From the NCBI GenBank assembly GCA_015062285.1, contig SUUY01000003.1, positions 190,528-254,527 on the forward strand: a DNA stretch of 64,000 nucleotides, in the 5' to 3' direction. Each line of letters opens with the position of its first letter. The first letter of the stretch is position 1. The notes beneath the pieces are model-generated. The model worked only from the letters and a program-made list of their open reading frames with translations. It searched no databases and was not told the DNA's origin. Shown in pieces: positions 1 through 9,294 of this stretch. The DNA comes from Alphaproteobacteria bacterium. Its GTDB lineage: Bacteria; Pseudomonadota; Alphaproteobacteria; RF32; CAG-239. Position numbers and translations under genes: made by a program.

Positions 1-642
1 TCCAAGCGGATTTCTTGCATACGGATGATCGCCATATAATTCTTTAGCAAAATCCAACTGCAATTCGTTTACCGGATGTTCTTTTTGTCGTTTTAATGCT
101 TCGAGCATTATTTTTTTTGTTCTTTCAACATCTTCGGCATCAAAACGTGGCTGCGTTAGCATTAGTCTCAAAAAGTTTACAGCATCATCAAGATTTTCTT
201 TGGTAGTTAATAATTTTCCCTCAAAACTATCTTTATTTATATCAAACGATATTCTTATCGCTCTAATATCAAGCTCTTCTTTCAGTTGCTGAGAATTAAA
301 TTCACCACCACCCTCACCTAAAAGCGAAGCAACCATTAAAGCCAGGCCTTGTTTATCAGTATCATCATTTGCATATCCGCCATTCTTAAACATAAAACTT
401 ATACTGATAATAGGATTTGTAACATCTTCCAACAGATATGCTTTTATTTTATTATTAGGACTCACTATTTCTTTTACATCAAGCTTTATTCCTGACACTT
501 CCGAAGTAATATCAGCAACATTAAGTTTATTTCCATAAAAAGAATTATAAATAAAATACAAAAATCCGAACACAACCATACAACATATTAATTTTGCGAC
601 TGATATGCTTTTATTTTTCTTAAACTTATGAGACCTTCTCAT
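1..642 (-). CDS. M16 (pitrilysin) family peptidase-like protein, N-terminal part only; the gene runs off the window start. It lacks HxxEH, so it is probably the non-catalytic partner subunit.
   Basis: I translated the minus strand from the ATG at 642..640. It reads MRRSHKFKKNKSISVAKLICCMVVFGF...SISFMFKNGGYANDDTDKQGLALMVASLLGEGG, which is a TM/signal segment followed by an M16 N-domain-like fold. Its start overlaps the stop of the upstream M16 gene (ATGA overlap). It is absent from the ORF track because it runs off the edge. Confidence 0.6.
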   Translation of the reverse strand, partial: MRRSHKFKKNKSISVAKLICCMVVFGFLYFIYNSFYGNKLNVADITSEVSGIKLDVKEIVSPNNKIKAYLLEDVTNPIISISFMFKNGGYANDDTDKQGLALMVASLLGEGGGEFNSQQLKEELDIRAIRISFDINKDSFEGKLLTTKENLDDAVNFLRLMLTQPRFDAEDVERTKKIMLEALKRQKEHPVNELQLDFAKELYGDHPYARNPLG

Positions 643-1964
643 TGTTTATTCTCCTTCGGACGCAATATCCCCGTAACATTAGAAGTACTAGCAACCAGAT
701 ATTTGGCAGAATTAAGCAAACGTTGAAGCTCAACATTTTTTATTTTTTGTTCTTGAGACTCAATATCTTCTAAACTCATTCCGCTTATTGCCATAGATCC
801 GACAACATAGGCCGCATCTTCAGGATTATCTTTCAAATAAACCAATCCAGCCGATAATTTTCTTTTTATTTTATCTAATTCTTGCTCATCTAGCTCAGAT
901 AATGCCTCTTGCCATGCTTTATCTAGCTCTTTTAAAGCTTCATCGGAAGAAACACCATTATTAGGAATCATCGAAACAGAAAAAGTTCCATAACTCCGAG
1001 AAACCGGATCATAATCCACACTGATACTCAAAAGCTTTTTTTGTTCTAAAACCAATTTTTTATATAATTTAGAGGTATCACCTCCGCCCATATAAGCTGC
1101 CAATACCTGCAAATCATACACATTTTCAGGATTTTTCATAAACGATGGTGCTATATATGCTCTCAAAATTCTTACACCACTAATTTTTTCATCTTGCATA
1201 TCAAGTGTAGCACTGAATTTTTCTGATACATCTGGCCAATTTGTTTCTTCTATTTCTCTTGATTTTAAATCTCCATAATATTTGGTAGCCAAATCTCTAG
1301 CTTTGTTAACATCTATATCTCCAGCTAATATTAAAACTGCATTATTAGGAACATAATATTTTTTATAATAATCTGATACATCTTTCTGCGTAAGAGACCG
1401 TATTTCCTTGTCCGTTCCGGTTATCGGACGCGAATACGGATGCTGTTGCCACAAAATTCGATTAAGTGCTTCCCTAAATTTTCCTACCGGATTGTTATCT
1501 ACGCGCTGTTTTCTTTCCTGAAATACAATATCTCGTTCTGCTACAAAAGCATCATTGTCAAACTGCAAATTGACCATTCTGTCTGCTTCAAGCAACATTG
1601 CCAATTCCAAACGAGAAACATCTAAAAATTGATGATATGCCGTCATATCTTGACCGGTAAAGGCATTACTTTCGGCGCCATTTTCTTCCATCATAATATT
1701 AAACTTTTGACCGGATACATCTTTTGTTCCTCTAAACATCAAATGTTCCAATAAATGTGCCGTTCCTCCTTTGCCAATATTTTCATCAGAAGCACCATTT
1801 TTATACCACACCATATGTTTTACAACAGGAACTCTATGATTTGGCACAACAATTACTCGCATACCATTGGCCAAATAAAATTCTTCAGCACCAAACAGCC
1901 CTTTGGCATTAACAGCCAAGGGAAATAATAAAAGCAACAAAAAAAGAAATTTATACCTAGACAT
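639..1964 (-). CDS. M16 family zinc metallopeptidase (pitrilysin/processing-peptidase-like), secreted
   Basis: 441 aa ORF with an N-terminal signal peptide (MSRYKFLFLLLLLFPLAVNA). It carries the inverted zinc motif HLLEHLMFRGT (HxxEH) and the downstream E of the M16 family. Confidence 0.85.
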   Translation of the reverse strand: MSRYKFLFLLLLLFPLAVNAKGLFGAEEFYLANGMRVIVVPNHRVPVVKHMVWYKNGASDENIGKGGTAHLLEHLMFRGTKDVSGQKFNIMMEENGAESNAFTGQDMTAYHQFLDVSRLELAMLLEADRMVNLQFDNDAFVAERDIVFQERKQRVDNNPVGKFREALNRILWQQHPYSRPITGTDKEIRSLTQKDVSDYYKKYYVPNNAVLILAGDIDVNKARDLATKYYGDLKSREIEETNWPDVSEKFSATLDMQDEKISGVRILRAYIAPSFMKNPENVYDLQVLAAYMGGGDTSKLYKKLVLEQKKLLSISVDYDPVSRSYGTFSVSMIPNNGVSSDEALKELDKAWQEALSELDEQELDKIKRKLSAGLVYLKDNPEDAAYVVGSMAISGMSLEDIESQEQKIKNVELQRLLNSAKYLVASTSNVTGILRPKENKQ

Positions 1965-1975
1965 CTTACTGTTTG

Positions 1976-2197
1976 TTAGTTATAATCGACTAACTCACTT
2001 AAAGAATTAATTTCCTTCGATGTTTTTTGCTCTACCAACGGACGCAAATCATACTCCGGTGGCAAGGAAAGAGGCTTACGAGTACTAACCATAGTCTCAT
2101 CAGGAGCTTTGTTAACCATGCCCAACTTTTCTTTATTAAGGGTTCCGCATGCACTCAAAACCAACAATACAACAAACGACAATAAAATCTTATTCAT
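1976..2197 (-). CDS. Small lipoprotein, function unknown
   Basis: Internal Met of the 97 aa ORF gives MNKILLSFVVLLVLSACGT with an L-S-A-C lipobox. An AAGGAAGGA SD sits 7 nt upstream. It lies directly downstream of lspA. Confidence 0.5.
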   Translation of the reverse strand: MNKILLSFVVLLVLSACGTLNKEKLGMVNKAPDETMVSTRKPLSLPPEYDLRPLVEQKTSKEINSLSELVDYN

Positions 2198-2199
2198 TT

Positions 2200-2679
2200 T
2201 TATTTTCCTTCCTTTTGTTTGTAGTGAAAAAAGAAACTTTGAATAATCAAAATAGCAGCTCCCACACAAATAAAGCTATCTGCAACATTAAATGCCGGCC
2301 AATGACTTTCACCAACATGAAAATCTAAAAAGTCAAAAACTGCTCCCAAACGAATTCTGTCAATCACATTACCGACAGCACCACCAATAATCATACCTAA
2401 AGCATACTTAGCCCAAACACTCTTTTCACTTTTCAGCCAACAGAGTAAAAAAATCACGATCAACATTGCCAAGCCGGAAAGTATCCATGCCCCAACGTTA
2501 CCATAATTATTAAACATTGAAAAACTGACACCGGTATTCCAAGCTCTAACCAAATTGAAAAATGGTGTTACATATATAATCATTGTATTATGTAATACAT
2601 CATGTAGCATATAATATTTGCTGAGCTGGTCAAACAACACCACCAAAAGCGCAATATTCAAACCTATAAGCACGTACAA
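2200..2679 (-). CDS. lspA: Lipoprotein signal peptidase II
   Basis: 159 aa protein with four TM segments. Motifs NTGVSFS, GGAVGNVIDR and FNVADSFICVGAAIL are typical of LspA. Confidence 0.9.
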   Translation of the reverse strand: MYVLIGLNIALLVVLFDQLSKYYMLHDVLHNTMIIYVTPFFNLVRAWNTGVSFSMFNNYGNVGAWILSGLAMLIVIFLLCWLKSEKSVWAKYALGMIIGGAVGNVIDRIRLGAVFDFLDFHVGESHWPAFNVADSFICVGAAILIIQSFFFHYKQKEGK

Positions 2680-2760
2680 CTCCTAAACTAATAAAAAACG
2701 GATAGATTATAAAATACATTCTTAAAATCCCAAAGTCTTAACTTAAAGATATAAACATAT

Positions 2761-4188
2761 CTACAACAAAAACATTTTAGCAAGACCAAGAAAAACAAAA
2801 AATCCGCCACAATCAGTTATAGCAATCAAAAATACACCTGAAGACACCGCCGGATCAACCTTAAATCGATTTAAGGTTAAAGGCACCAAAATTCCCGACA
2901 GGCTTGCAATAACAAGTGTAATCAACATTGCAATAGCAATTATCAAACTCATAAACTGATAATCCGGAAACCAAATATGAGTTATAACTCCAATCAACAG
3001 AGCAAATAACAAACCATTACTAAGCCCTACTAAAAATTCTTTTATAATCATTCGTAGTGTGTTAGCTGAGTTAAGCTCTTTAGTTGCTAAAGCCCTAACC
3101 ACCACTGCCAATGTTTGGTTTCCTGTTGTTCCTCCCATAGATGCAACTATCGGCATCAAAACCGCTAATACTGATATTTGAGCAATAACTTCCTGAAAAC
3201 CTTTTACAACCGAAGCCGCCAATATTGTTGCAACCAAATTTGTAATAAGCCACATAACTCGAGACTTAAATACCGAAAAAACAGAACGATAAACATCACC
3301 TTCCTCAGTACCGGAAAGATGCATAATATCCTCTGAAACTTCTTCGTGAATCACTTCTACTACATCATCAATCGTAATCACACCAATTAAATGATCTTTA
3401 TTATCGACTACCATGGCCGAACGCCAGCCATATTCTCTAAACATATGAGCAACTTCTTCCTGATCAGTCAAGACATCTATTGGTACAATTTCTCCATCCA
3501 TAATGTCAAAAAGGTATTCTGTTGGCTTCGCTCGCAATAATTTATCAAGAGCAATATGTCCTGATGGTCTGAATTTTTCATCTGTCAGAAAAATGTCATA
3601 AAATTCTTCCGGTAATTCCTGATTCTTCAATAAGAATTCTTTTGCTTCTTTAACAGTCCACCAATCAGGCATGCCAACAAATTCTCTGGACATAATACGA
3701 CCGGCAGAATCTTCTGGATAAGAAAGAGATGATTGTACTTGATATTGAAGTTCAGGATCGAGCTTTTTAATAATACTTTCTTGCTCTTCTTCATCCATAT
3801 GCTCCAAAATTTCAACGACCTCATCAGAGTCAAGTTCATTTGCAATCTTCACGATTTGCTTTTCTTGCAAAGATTCTATAACCTGCTCTTGTACAACATC
3901 ATTTAATTCCGGAAAAACATCTGGGTTTATCTTATCGCCCAAAATCTGCACTAATTTGGTGCGTTCAGAATGACTAAGTGTCTCAATTAATTTGGCCAAT
4001 CCGTATTCAGATAAACCCTCTACCATTTTCCTGACATGGATAACATCATCTTCATGTAAGGCCTCACTGACAGATGCAACAAACTTCGACCCCAAACCCA
4101 ATTGTTGGTGAGCATTCTGTATATATTTCTTTTTTTTCTTGAGGAGTTTAGACTTAGGGAGTAAATCACGCTTAAAACGTTTGCTCAT
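2761..4188 (-). CDS. mgtE: Magnesium transporter MgtE
   Basis: 475 aa protein. An acidic MgtE N-domain and tandem CBS region are followed by a C-terminal five-TM MgtE domain (…GNQTLAVVVRALAT…FLIAITDCGGFFVFLGLA). Confidence 0.9.
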   Translation of the reverse strand: MSKRFKRDLLPKSKLLKKKKKYIQNAHQQLGLGSKFVASVSEALHEDDVIHVRKMVEGLSEYGLAKLIETLSHSERTKLVQILGDKINPDVFPELNDVVQEQVIESLQEKQIVKIANELDSDEVVEILEHMDEEEQESIIKKLDPELQYQVQSSLSYPEDSAGRIMSREFVGMPDWWTVKEAKEFLLKNQELPEEFYDIFLTDEKFRPSGHIALDKLLRAKPTEYLFDIMDGEIVPIDVLTDQEEVAHMFREYGWRSAMVVDNKDHLIGVITIDDVVEVIHEEVSEDIMHLSGTEEGDVYRSVFSVFKSRVMWLITNLVATILAASVVKGFQEVIAQISVLAVLMPIVASMGGTTGNQTLAVVVRALATKELNSANTLRMIIKEFLVGLSNGLLFALLIGVITHIWFPDYQFMSLIIAIAMLITLVIASLSGILVPLTLNRFKVDPAVSSGVFLIAITDCGGFFVFLGLAKMFLL

Positions 4189-4297
4189 TTTTCACCCTCC
4201 CTAATTATTTATCTCAATACGATACTTTCGGTTTTATTCCGAAATTCCCTAAAAAGCATTATAAAAACATAAAAAAAGCTTTATTTAGCAGGATAAA

Positions 4298-4384
4298 TGG
4301 TGCGGCCAAAAGGACTTGAACCTTCACGGGAGTTCTCCCACAACCACCTCAAGGTTGCGTGTCTACCAATTCCACCATGGCCGC
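4298..4384 (-). tRNA. tRNA-Leu, anticodon GAG, with a long variable arm
   Basis: The reverse complement reads GCGGCCATGGTGGAATTGGTAGACACGCAACCTTGAGGTGGTTGTGGGAGAACTCCCGTGAAGGTTCAAGTCCTTTTGGCCGCACCA. It has a 7 bp acceptor stem, a GGTAGA D-loop, anticodon loop TTGAGGT, a long extra arm, GGTTCAAGTCC in the T-arm and an encoded CCA. Confidence 0.8.
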
Positions 4385-4466
4385 ATATTGCCAATAAAGC
4401 TGAAAACAGAAATAAATCACAAATAAAAATAAATCAAGTGTTTTTTTATTTTAATTATAACTTTTT

Positions 4467-5147
4467 TTATTCATTTACCAAACCGCCGGATATCACAAAC
4501 TTCAATCCTTGTTCCACTGTCATATCCATTTCTATACAATCTTTTTTAGGAACAAAAATCAAAAAACCTGATGTCGGGTTTGGCGTTGTCGGAATAAATA
4601 CACTCAACATATCATCAGGGCATTTAGCTTTAATTTCGCCTTGCAAATCCGAACTTACAAAACCCAATATCCAAATTCCTTTACGAGGATATTCAAGCAT
4701 TACGACCTTGCTAAAAGCTTGAGTTTTACTTGAAAAAAATGTTTCAAACACTTGTTTTAGCACAGAATATACACTGGACACCAAAGGAACTTTATAAACA
4801 ATCCACTCTCCAAGCTTGATAAAAAATCTTCCTAAAAATCCGGCAGCAAACATACCGACAATAATCAAAAATACAATCCCTACAACCAATCCGAGTCCAG
4901 GAATTGTATAAGGCATATTATCAAACTTATATTGTGGTGGAAGCAGTTTATTTACAAAAATATCCATCCATAATACAAATTTTACTGCTAAATATAAAGT
5001 AATTGCAACCGGAGCAGTCACCAAAATTCCGGTAAATAAATAAGCTCTTAATTTGCCGCCCAATTTCATAAAAACAGCCTTTTCTTTTTGCAAACGAATT
5101 TTTTTTATATTTTTGGCTCGTTTTTTTATGTTTTTAGATTTTACCAT
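4467..5147 (-). CDS. DUF502 family inner-membrane protein; the start may be the internal Met at 5069
   Basis: Two N-terminal TM helices and a conserved DUF502 core (…YPRKGIWILGFV…PTTPNPTSGFLIFVPKKD…). A K-rich leader precedes the first TM helix. Confidence 0.7.
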   Translation of the reverse strand: MVKSKNIKKRAKNIKKIRLQKEKAVFMKLGGKLRAYLFTGILVTAPVAITLYLAVKFVLWMDIFVNKLLPPQYKFDNMPYTIPGLGLVVGIVFLIIVGMFAAGFLGRFFIKLGEWIVYKVPLVSSVYSVLKQVFETFFSSKTQAFSKVVMLEYPRKGIWILGFVSSDLQGEIKAKCPDDMLSVFIPTTPNPTSGFLIFVPKKDCIEMDMTVEQGLKFVISGGLVNE

Positions 5148-5169
5148 TTTTTTGTTCCTTTATTTTAAC

Positions 5170-5202
5170 CCTTATACAAATCATTTCAGATAAGCCATTA
5201 TA
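5170..5202. repeat. 33 bp direct repeat, copy 1 (ccttatacaaatcatttcagataagccattata)
   Basis: It matches 5297..5329 at 32 of 33 positions. It lies 23 bp upstream of the DUF502 gene start. Confidence 0.75.
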
Positions 5203-5296
5203 TATCTCACATAAAAATACGGAGAATGGTTTAGATGGAGTGATTTGAAAAGCGAAAAAAATTTTAGCGTACACAGTAGTACGTGAATTTTTTGAG

Positions 5297-5329
5297 CCTT
5301 GTACAAATCATTTCAGATAAGCCATTATA
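5297..5329. repeat. 33 bp direct repeat, copy 2 (ccttgtacaaatcatttcagataagccattata)
   Basis: It matches copy 1 127 bp away. It overlaps the recJ stop codon at 5325..5327. Confidence 0.75.
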
Positions 5330-7106
5330 CGTATTTTTTAATATCTTCAATAATAAATTGCACTTCATCTCTTCCATTCCATGTATCTCTTCGCAAAACT
5401 CCGACAACATCAAAATATTCTCCTCGAGAGTTAAGCATTGCCTGTCCTATATCATTATCTCCAACTCTAAATGCCATTCCTTTTATTGACTTTCCGCTAT
5501 CCGAAGTCAATATACAACGAACATGCCCTATTCCTACCAACGAAGATTTAATTATCTGCACATTTTTCAGCATTAATTTAGGCTCTGAATTTCCTGCACC
5601 ATATGGCTCAAGATTATCTAAAGATACTGCTAACTCTTTGTTTGCTCCCCCCACTTCTAATATAGCATCTATATTTAACACCGGACATATAGCTTCATTG
5701 CCAATTTTATTATTCACATACTCTCCGACAAAGGTTCTAAATTCCTCAATTTTATCTTGATTCAAAGAAAATCCGGCAGCCATAGTGTGCCCGCCACCTT
5801 TAGTCAAAATACCCTTTTCTTTGGCAGCAATAACCAATTCACCAAGATCAATCTGTGAAATAGAGCGAGCTGAACCTTTAACCTCATCAGCTTCAACAGA
5901 CATTACAAATGACGGAACATTGTATCTTTCTTTAAGCCTTCCGGCAACAATGCCTATCACTCCTTGATGCCAATCATAACCAAAAACAAATGCTATCGGA
6001 TATTTTTGAGGTTGTCCTTCTAAAATTTCTATAGCCTGCAACAAAACATAATTTTCAACATCTTTTCGTTGTATATTATATTCATTAAGTTTATCTGCAT
6101 ATAATTGTGCTTCATATTCCTTATTACAGCAAAGCAATTTGTGAGCCACATCAGAATCCCCTACTCTTCCTCCGGCATTTAATCGTGGCCCTAAAACATA
6201 TCCCAAATGGAATGCTGTTGGAGGTGTATTCAGTCCACCTTTTTCTAACAAAGTCTTTAACCCAATATTTTGAGAATTTGCCATAATTTTCAAACCCTGA
6301 CGCACATAGGCTCTGTTCAGTCCTCGCAATGGCACAACATCACAAACTGTTCCCAATGCCACCAAATCAAGCCACTGCATAAGATTAGGCTCATTATATT
6401 CTTCACCGTAAAAATTCCTGCGCCTCAATTCTCTATTAACAGCCACAACCACCAAAAACACAACCCCAACAGCCGCCATATATTTTAAATCAGGATATTC
6501 TTCCGTCTCATCTAAGCGCTTTGGATTAACAACGGCATACACACGAGGTAAATTTACCTCTGCTTCATGATGATCAATAACTATTACTTCTAAGCTTTTA
6601 TTTGTTGCATATTCCAAAGGTTCAAAAGCAGTTGTTCCACAATCAGTAGTAATTAACAACTCAGCTCCTCGAGATACAAAATTATCTATTGCTTTCATAC
6701 TCGGACCATACCCCTCATCTCTTTCCGGAATATGGACATCAGGAAAAGCACCAACCGATTCTAAAAACAAACGCAACACCGCAGACGAGGTTGCTCCGTC
6801 AACGTCATAGTCACCTATTATCGCAATTTTTTGCTTGTTAACAATCGCATCGGCAATTTTATTTGCCGCTTTATCAACATCTTTAAGCACGGAAGGATTC
6901 GGCATAATATTTTGTAGTTTTGGTTCCCAAAAAGTCGATATATTCTCAGAAGAGATTCCTCTTAAGGATAAAATCTTGGCTACAACATACGGAACATTAT
7001 GTCGTTCAATCAACAACTCAACTTCTCGATCATTAGCCTGAGACACACTCCACAAGTTTCCACCCAAAGACTTATTTTCAACAGTCTCGCTAATCACCGA
7101 CATCAA
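5325..7106 (-). CDS. recJ: Single-stranded-DNA-specific exonuclease RecJ
   Basis: 593 aa protein. DHH motifs (IIGDYDVDGATSSAVL; VIVIDHHEA), the DHHA1 motif GGGHTMAAG and a C-terminal OB-like domain. Confidence 0.9.
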   Translation of the reverse strand: MMSVISETVENKSLGGNLWSVSQANDREVELLIERHNVPYVVAKILSLRGISSENISTFWEPKLQNIMPNPSVLKDVDKAANKIADAIVNKQKIAIIGDYDVDGATSSAVLRLFLESVGAFPDVHIPERDEGYGPSMKAIDNFVSRGAELLITTDCGTTAFEPLEYATNKSLEVIVIDHHEAEVNLPRVYAVVNPKRLDETEEYPDLKYMAAVGVVFLVVVAVNRELRRRNFYGEEYNEPNLMQWLDLVALGTVCDVVPLRGLNRAYVRQGLKIMANSQNIGLKTLLEKGGLNTPPTAFHLGYVLGPRLNAGGRVGDSDVAHKLLCCNKEYEAQLYADKLNEYNIQRKDVENYVLLQAIEILEGQPQKYPIAFVFGYDWHQGVIGIVAGRLKERYNVPSFVMSVEADEVKGSARSISQIDLGELVIAAKEKGILTKGGGHTMAAGFSLNQDKIEEFRTFVGEYVNNKIGNEAICPVLNIDAILEVGGANKELAVSLDNLEPYGAGNSEPKLMLKNVQIIKSSLVGIGHVRCILTSDSGKSIKGMAFRVGDNDIGQAMLNSRGEYFDVVGVLRRDTWNGRDEVQFIIEDIKKYV

Positions 7107-7116
7107 TCTTTACCGC

Positions 7117-7851
7117 CTAGTATGCTATATAAATTTCTGCTCTGCGATTGAGTCTTTCACCTTCAGGCATAACTTCTTGATATGCCGGTGCTGAATCTGA
7201 CATTGCCTCAATAGAAATTTTATCAGCAGATACTCCGGCACGTTTTAATGCCAAAGCGACATTTTGTGCTCTTTCCATAGAAGCCTTAAAATTAGCCAAT
7301 TTATGACTTACCGGATCTGTATCTCTTGTTCTGCTTGATGAATGCCCGTATACCATCACATTTGCATTATTTTCTTTTACTAATTTTGCAATTTTTCTGA
7401 TATTGCTACGATATTGAGGCTTAACCTTACTACTACCATTATCAAAATAAATGGTATCAACCTTATAGCTCACACTGGGAACATAGTCATCGCTTTTATT
7501 TTCCGGTTCAACTTCGTCATCAGCTTCTTCCGGCTCAATTAATTCAACAGTTTCTTCTTGTTTAACTTCTTCATCTTGAGGTTCATAATCAACATCTTCC
7601 GCTTTTACCGGAATAGACTTAGCAGCTTCAACTTCATCTTCAGTTGTCTTTTCACTGCTTTCATATGCAACATTTTCAACATCAGAGCGCAAAGCACTAT
7701 CTTCTTCATTCATTTCATATACAGCTTGTCCGCCTTCATGAACCTCTATTTCTTCAAAACTGTCATCAAATTCAGGAAACATTGCACTTGCACAAGCAGA
7801 AAGCGTTAAAATAGCTGTAAAACCGAAAATATTTTTATAAATACCACGCAT
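7117..7851 (-). CDS. OmpA/MotB-domain peptidoglycan-associated lipoprotein (Pal-like) with an acidic linker
   Basis: Lipobox LTLSACAS, a D/E-rich linker and a C-terminal OmpA-like domain (TIYFDNGSSKV…NRRAEIYIAY). Confidence 0.8.
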   Translation of the reverse strand: MRGIYKNIFGFTAILTLSACASAMFPEFDDSFEEIEVHEGGQAVYEMNEEDSALRSDVENVAYESSEKTTEDEVEAAKSIPVKAEDVDYEPQDEEVKQEETVELIEPEEADDEVEPENKSDDYVPSVSYKVDTIYFDNGSSKVKPQYRSNIRKIAKLVKENNANVMVYGHSSSRTRDTDPVSHKLANFKASMERAQNVALALKRAGVSADKISIEAMSDSAPAYQEVMPEGERLNRRAEIYIAY

Positions 7852-8030
7852 TGTTAAACCCTCAAAACTTTAAAACTGTATATAAACTAAACTATTATCA
7901 CACACAAAACAAGAGCAAAAACCAATTTTTCAGCAGATTAATTTATTCGTGATTATTTTCAATATTTATTTGTAATTCGGCACAAATTGATTATACTATA
8001 CTAAATTGTAGGATTATTGGGAGTTTTCTT

Positions 8031-8558
8031 ATGAGTTATCTGCCTATTTCTTCTGTATTTGAAATTAGCGATTGGTTTTTCCGTCGTGCCGATAAAGACG
8101 ATAAGTATATTGACAATGACAAAATCCAACAAATGCTTCTCATGGCACAAATCCATTTTGTAATCAATAACAACTCTCTTTTATTTCCAGCTATTTTTGT
8201 ATATAAAAACAATAAAATAACAGAGCCAAATCTTGCTAAGATCTTAGAATTTGGTCTTCCTTTAATACCAACTCCAAGATTTGATAATAAAATATCCGAT
8301 TTTTTAGAACTAATTTGGCAAAAATACTCACCTTTAGAAACAAAAGATCTAAACAAAATCATATCTTCTCACATTCAAACACAACAGCAAATAATTTCAA
8401 TCGAATGCTTCGTTCAAAGTTTTAAGTCACAACAAAACCAAAAATCATCTAAAGAAAATAAAAAAGTACTTATCTCTCAAAACGGACCGGTTATTGTTTC
8501 CCAATGGAAACCTCGCAAAATAAACAATACAAAGGAGCCTTATCCATGCAAAAAATAA
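8031..8558 (+). CDS. DUF4065/Panacea-domain protein (GepA/SocA-like 'phage-associated protein'), putative antitoxin-type domain
   Basis: The N-terminal pattern ISSVFEISDWFFRRA…IDNDKIQQMLLMAQIHFVINNNSLLFPAIFVYKN..ITEPNL matches the DUF4065 consensus (…KLQKLlYyAqgw.l…pLF.e.feAw..GPV…). A GGGAG SD is present. Confidence 0.45.
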   Translation: MSYLPISSVFEISDWFFRRADKDDKYIDNDKIQQMLLMAQIHFVINNNSLLFPAIFVYKNNKITEPNLAKILEFGLPLIPTPRFDNKISDFLELIWQKYSPLETKDLNKIISSHIQTQQQIISIECFVQSFKSQQNQKSSKENKKVLISQNGPVIVSQWKPRKINNTKEPYPCKK

Positions 8559-9232
8559 TCAAATTATTTTTAATTTTATTGGTTATTTCTGCTTGTTCTA
8601 AAGAAGCAGAAATGAAACCCACTTCTCCACTGATTATTAAAACAACCAATGGTGATGTCAGATATATGGTAGAAGTCGCCACTACACCTGATGACATGCA
8701 AACAGGCCTTATGCATCGTACAAACCTGGGATTCACCGGTGGAATGTTATTCAATATTAATCCTACACGTCCTGTTGCCATGTGGATGAAGAACACCAAG
8801 ATTCCTTTAGATATGTTATTCGTTGGACCGGACACATCAATTATCATGATTAAAGAGAATGCTGCTCCAATGTCTGAAGAACACATTATCTGCGAAGAAC
8901 CTGTCAGAGCTGTAATTGAAATAAATGCCGGACAAGCAAAAAGACACGGAATCAAGGTTGGAGATAAAGTTGTTCATATGATTTTAAACCAAATGGTAGA
9001 TATCAAAACCCCCGGAGCAGAAGCCAAAATAAGTTCACCATCAGCACAGCCTACAACCGCTAATCCCAATTTGCCTGATGTTCCCAAACTGAACATTCCG
9101 GCACAGAGCAAAACTGCGGTAGAAAACAATGCTTCGGTATCAACAAAAACAACACTTCCTCAACCTAAAGAATCCATGCCAAAGGTTATGAATAGCACTC
9201 CCAAATTGCCGGTACCGGCACCAAATATATAA
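8546..9232 (+). CDS. DUF192 (COG1430) family lipoprotein with a Pro/Thr/Ala-rich C-terminal tail
   Basis: Starts MQKIIKLFLILLVISACS (lipobox). The core GLMHRTNLGFTGGMLFNINPTRPVAMWMKNTKIPLDMLF is canonical DUF192. Its start overlaps the 3' end of the upstream ORF by 13 nt. Confidence 0.65.
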   Translation: MQKIIKLFLILLVISACSKEAEMKPTSPLIIKTTNGDVRYMVEVATTPDDMQTGLMHRTNLGFTGGMLFNINPTRPVAMWMKNTKIPLDMLFVGPDTSIIMIKENAAPMSEEHIICEEPVRAVIEINAGQAKRHGIKVGDKVVHMILNQMVDIKTPGAEAKISSPSAQPTTANPNLPDVPKLNIPAQSKTAVENNASVSTKTTLPQPKESMPKVMNSTPKLPVPAPNI

Positions 9233-9244
9233 GTAACATAATAT

Positions 9245-9283
9245 AAAAAACAGTCCTTACATAAAATGCAAGGACTGTTTTTT
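9245..9283. terminator. Bidirectional rho-independent terminator
   Basis: Sequence aaaaaaCAGTCCTTacataaaatgcAAGGACTGtttttt. It sits between the convergent DUF192 gene (+) and gatB (-). Confidence 0.75.
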
Positions 9284-9294
9284 GTTGATTATTA

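Noticed and set aside
4297-4722. 141 aa plus-strand ORF
   Set aside because: It overlaps tRNA-Leu on the opposite strand and the DUF502 gene. It is a shadow ORF with no SD.
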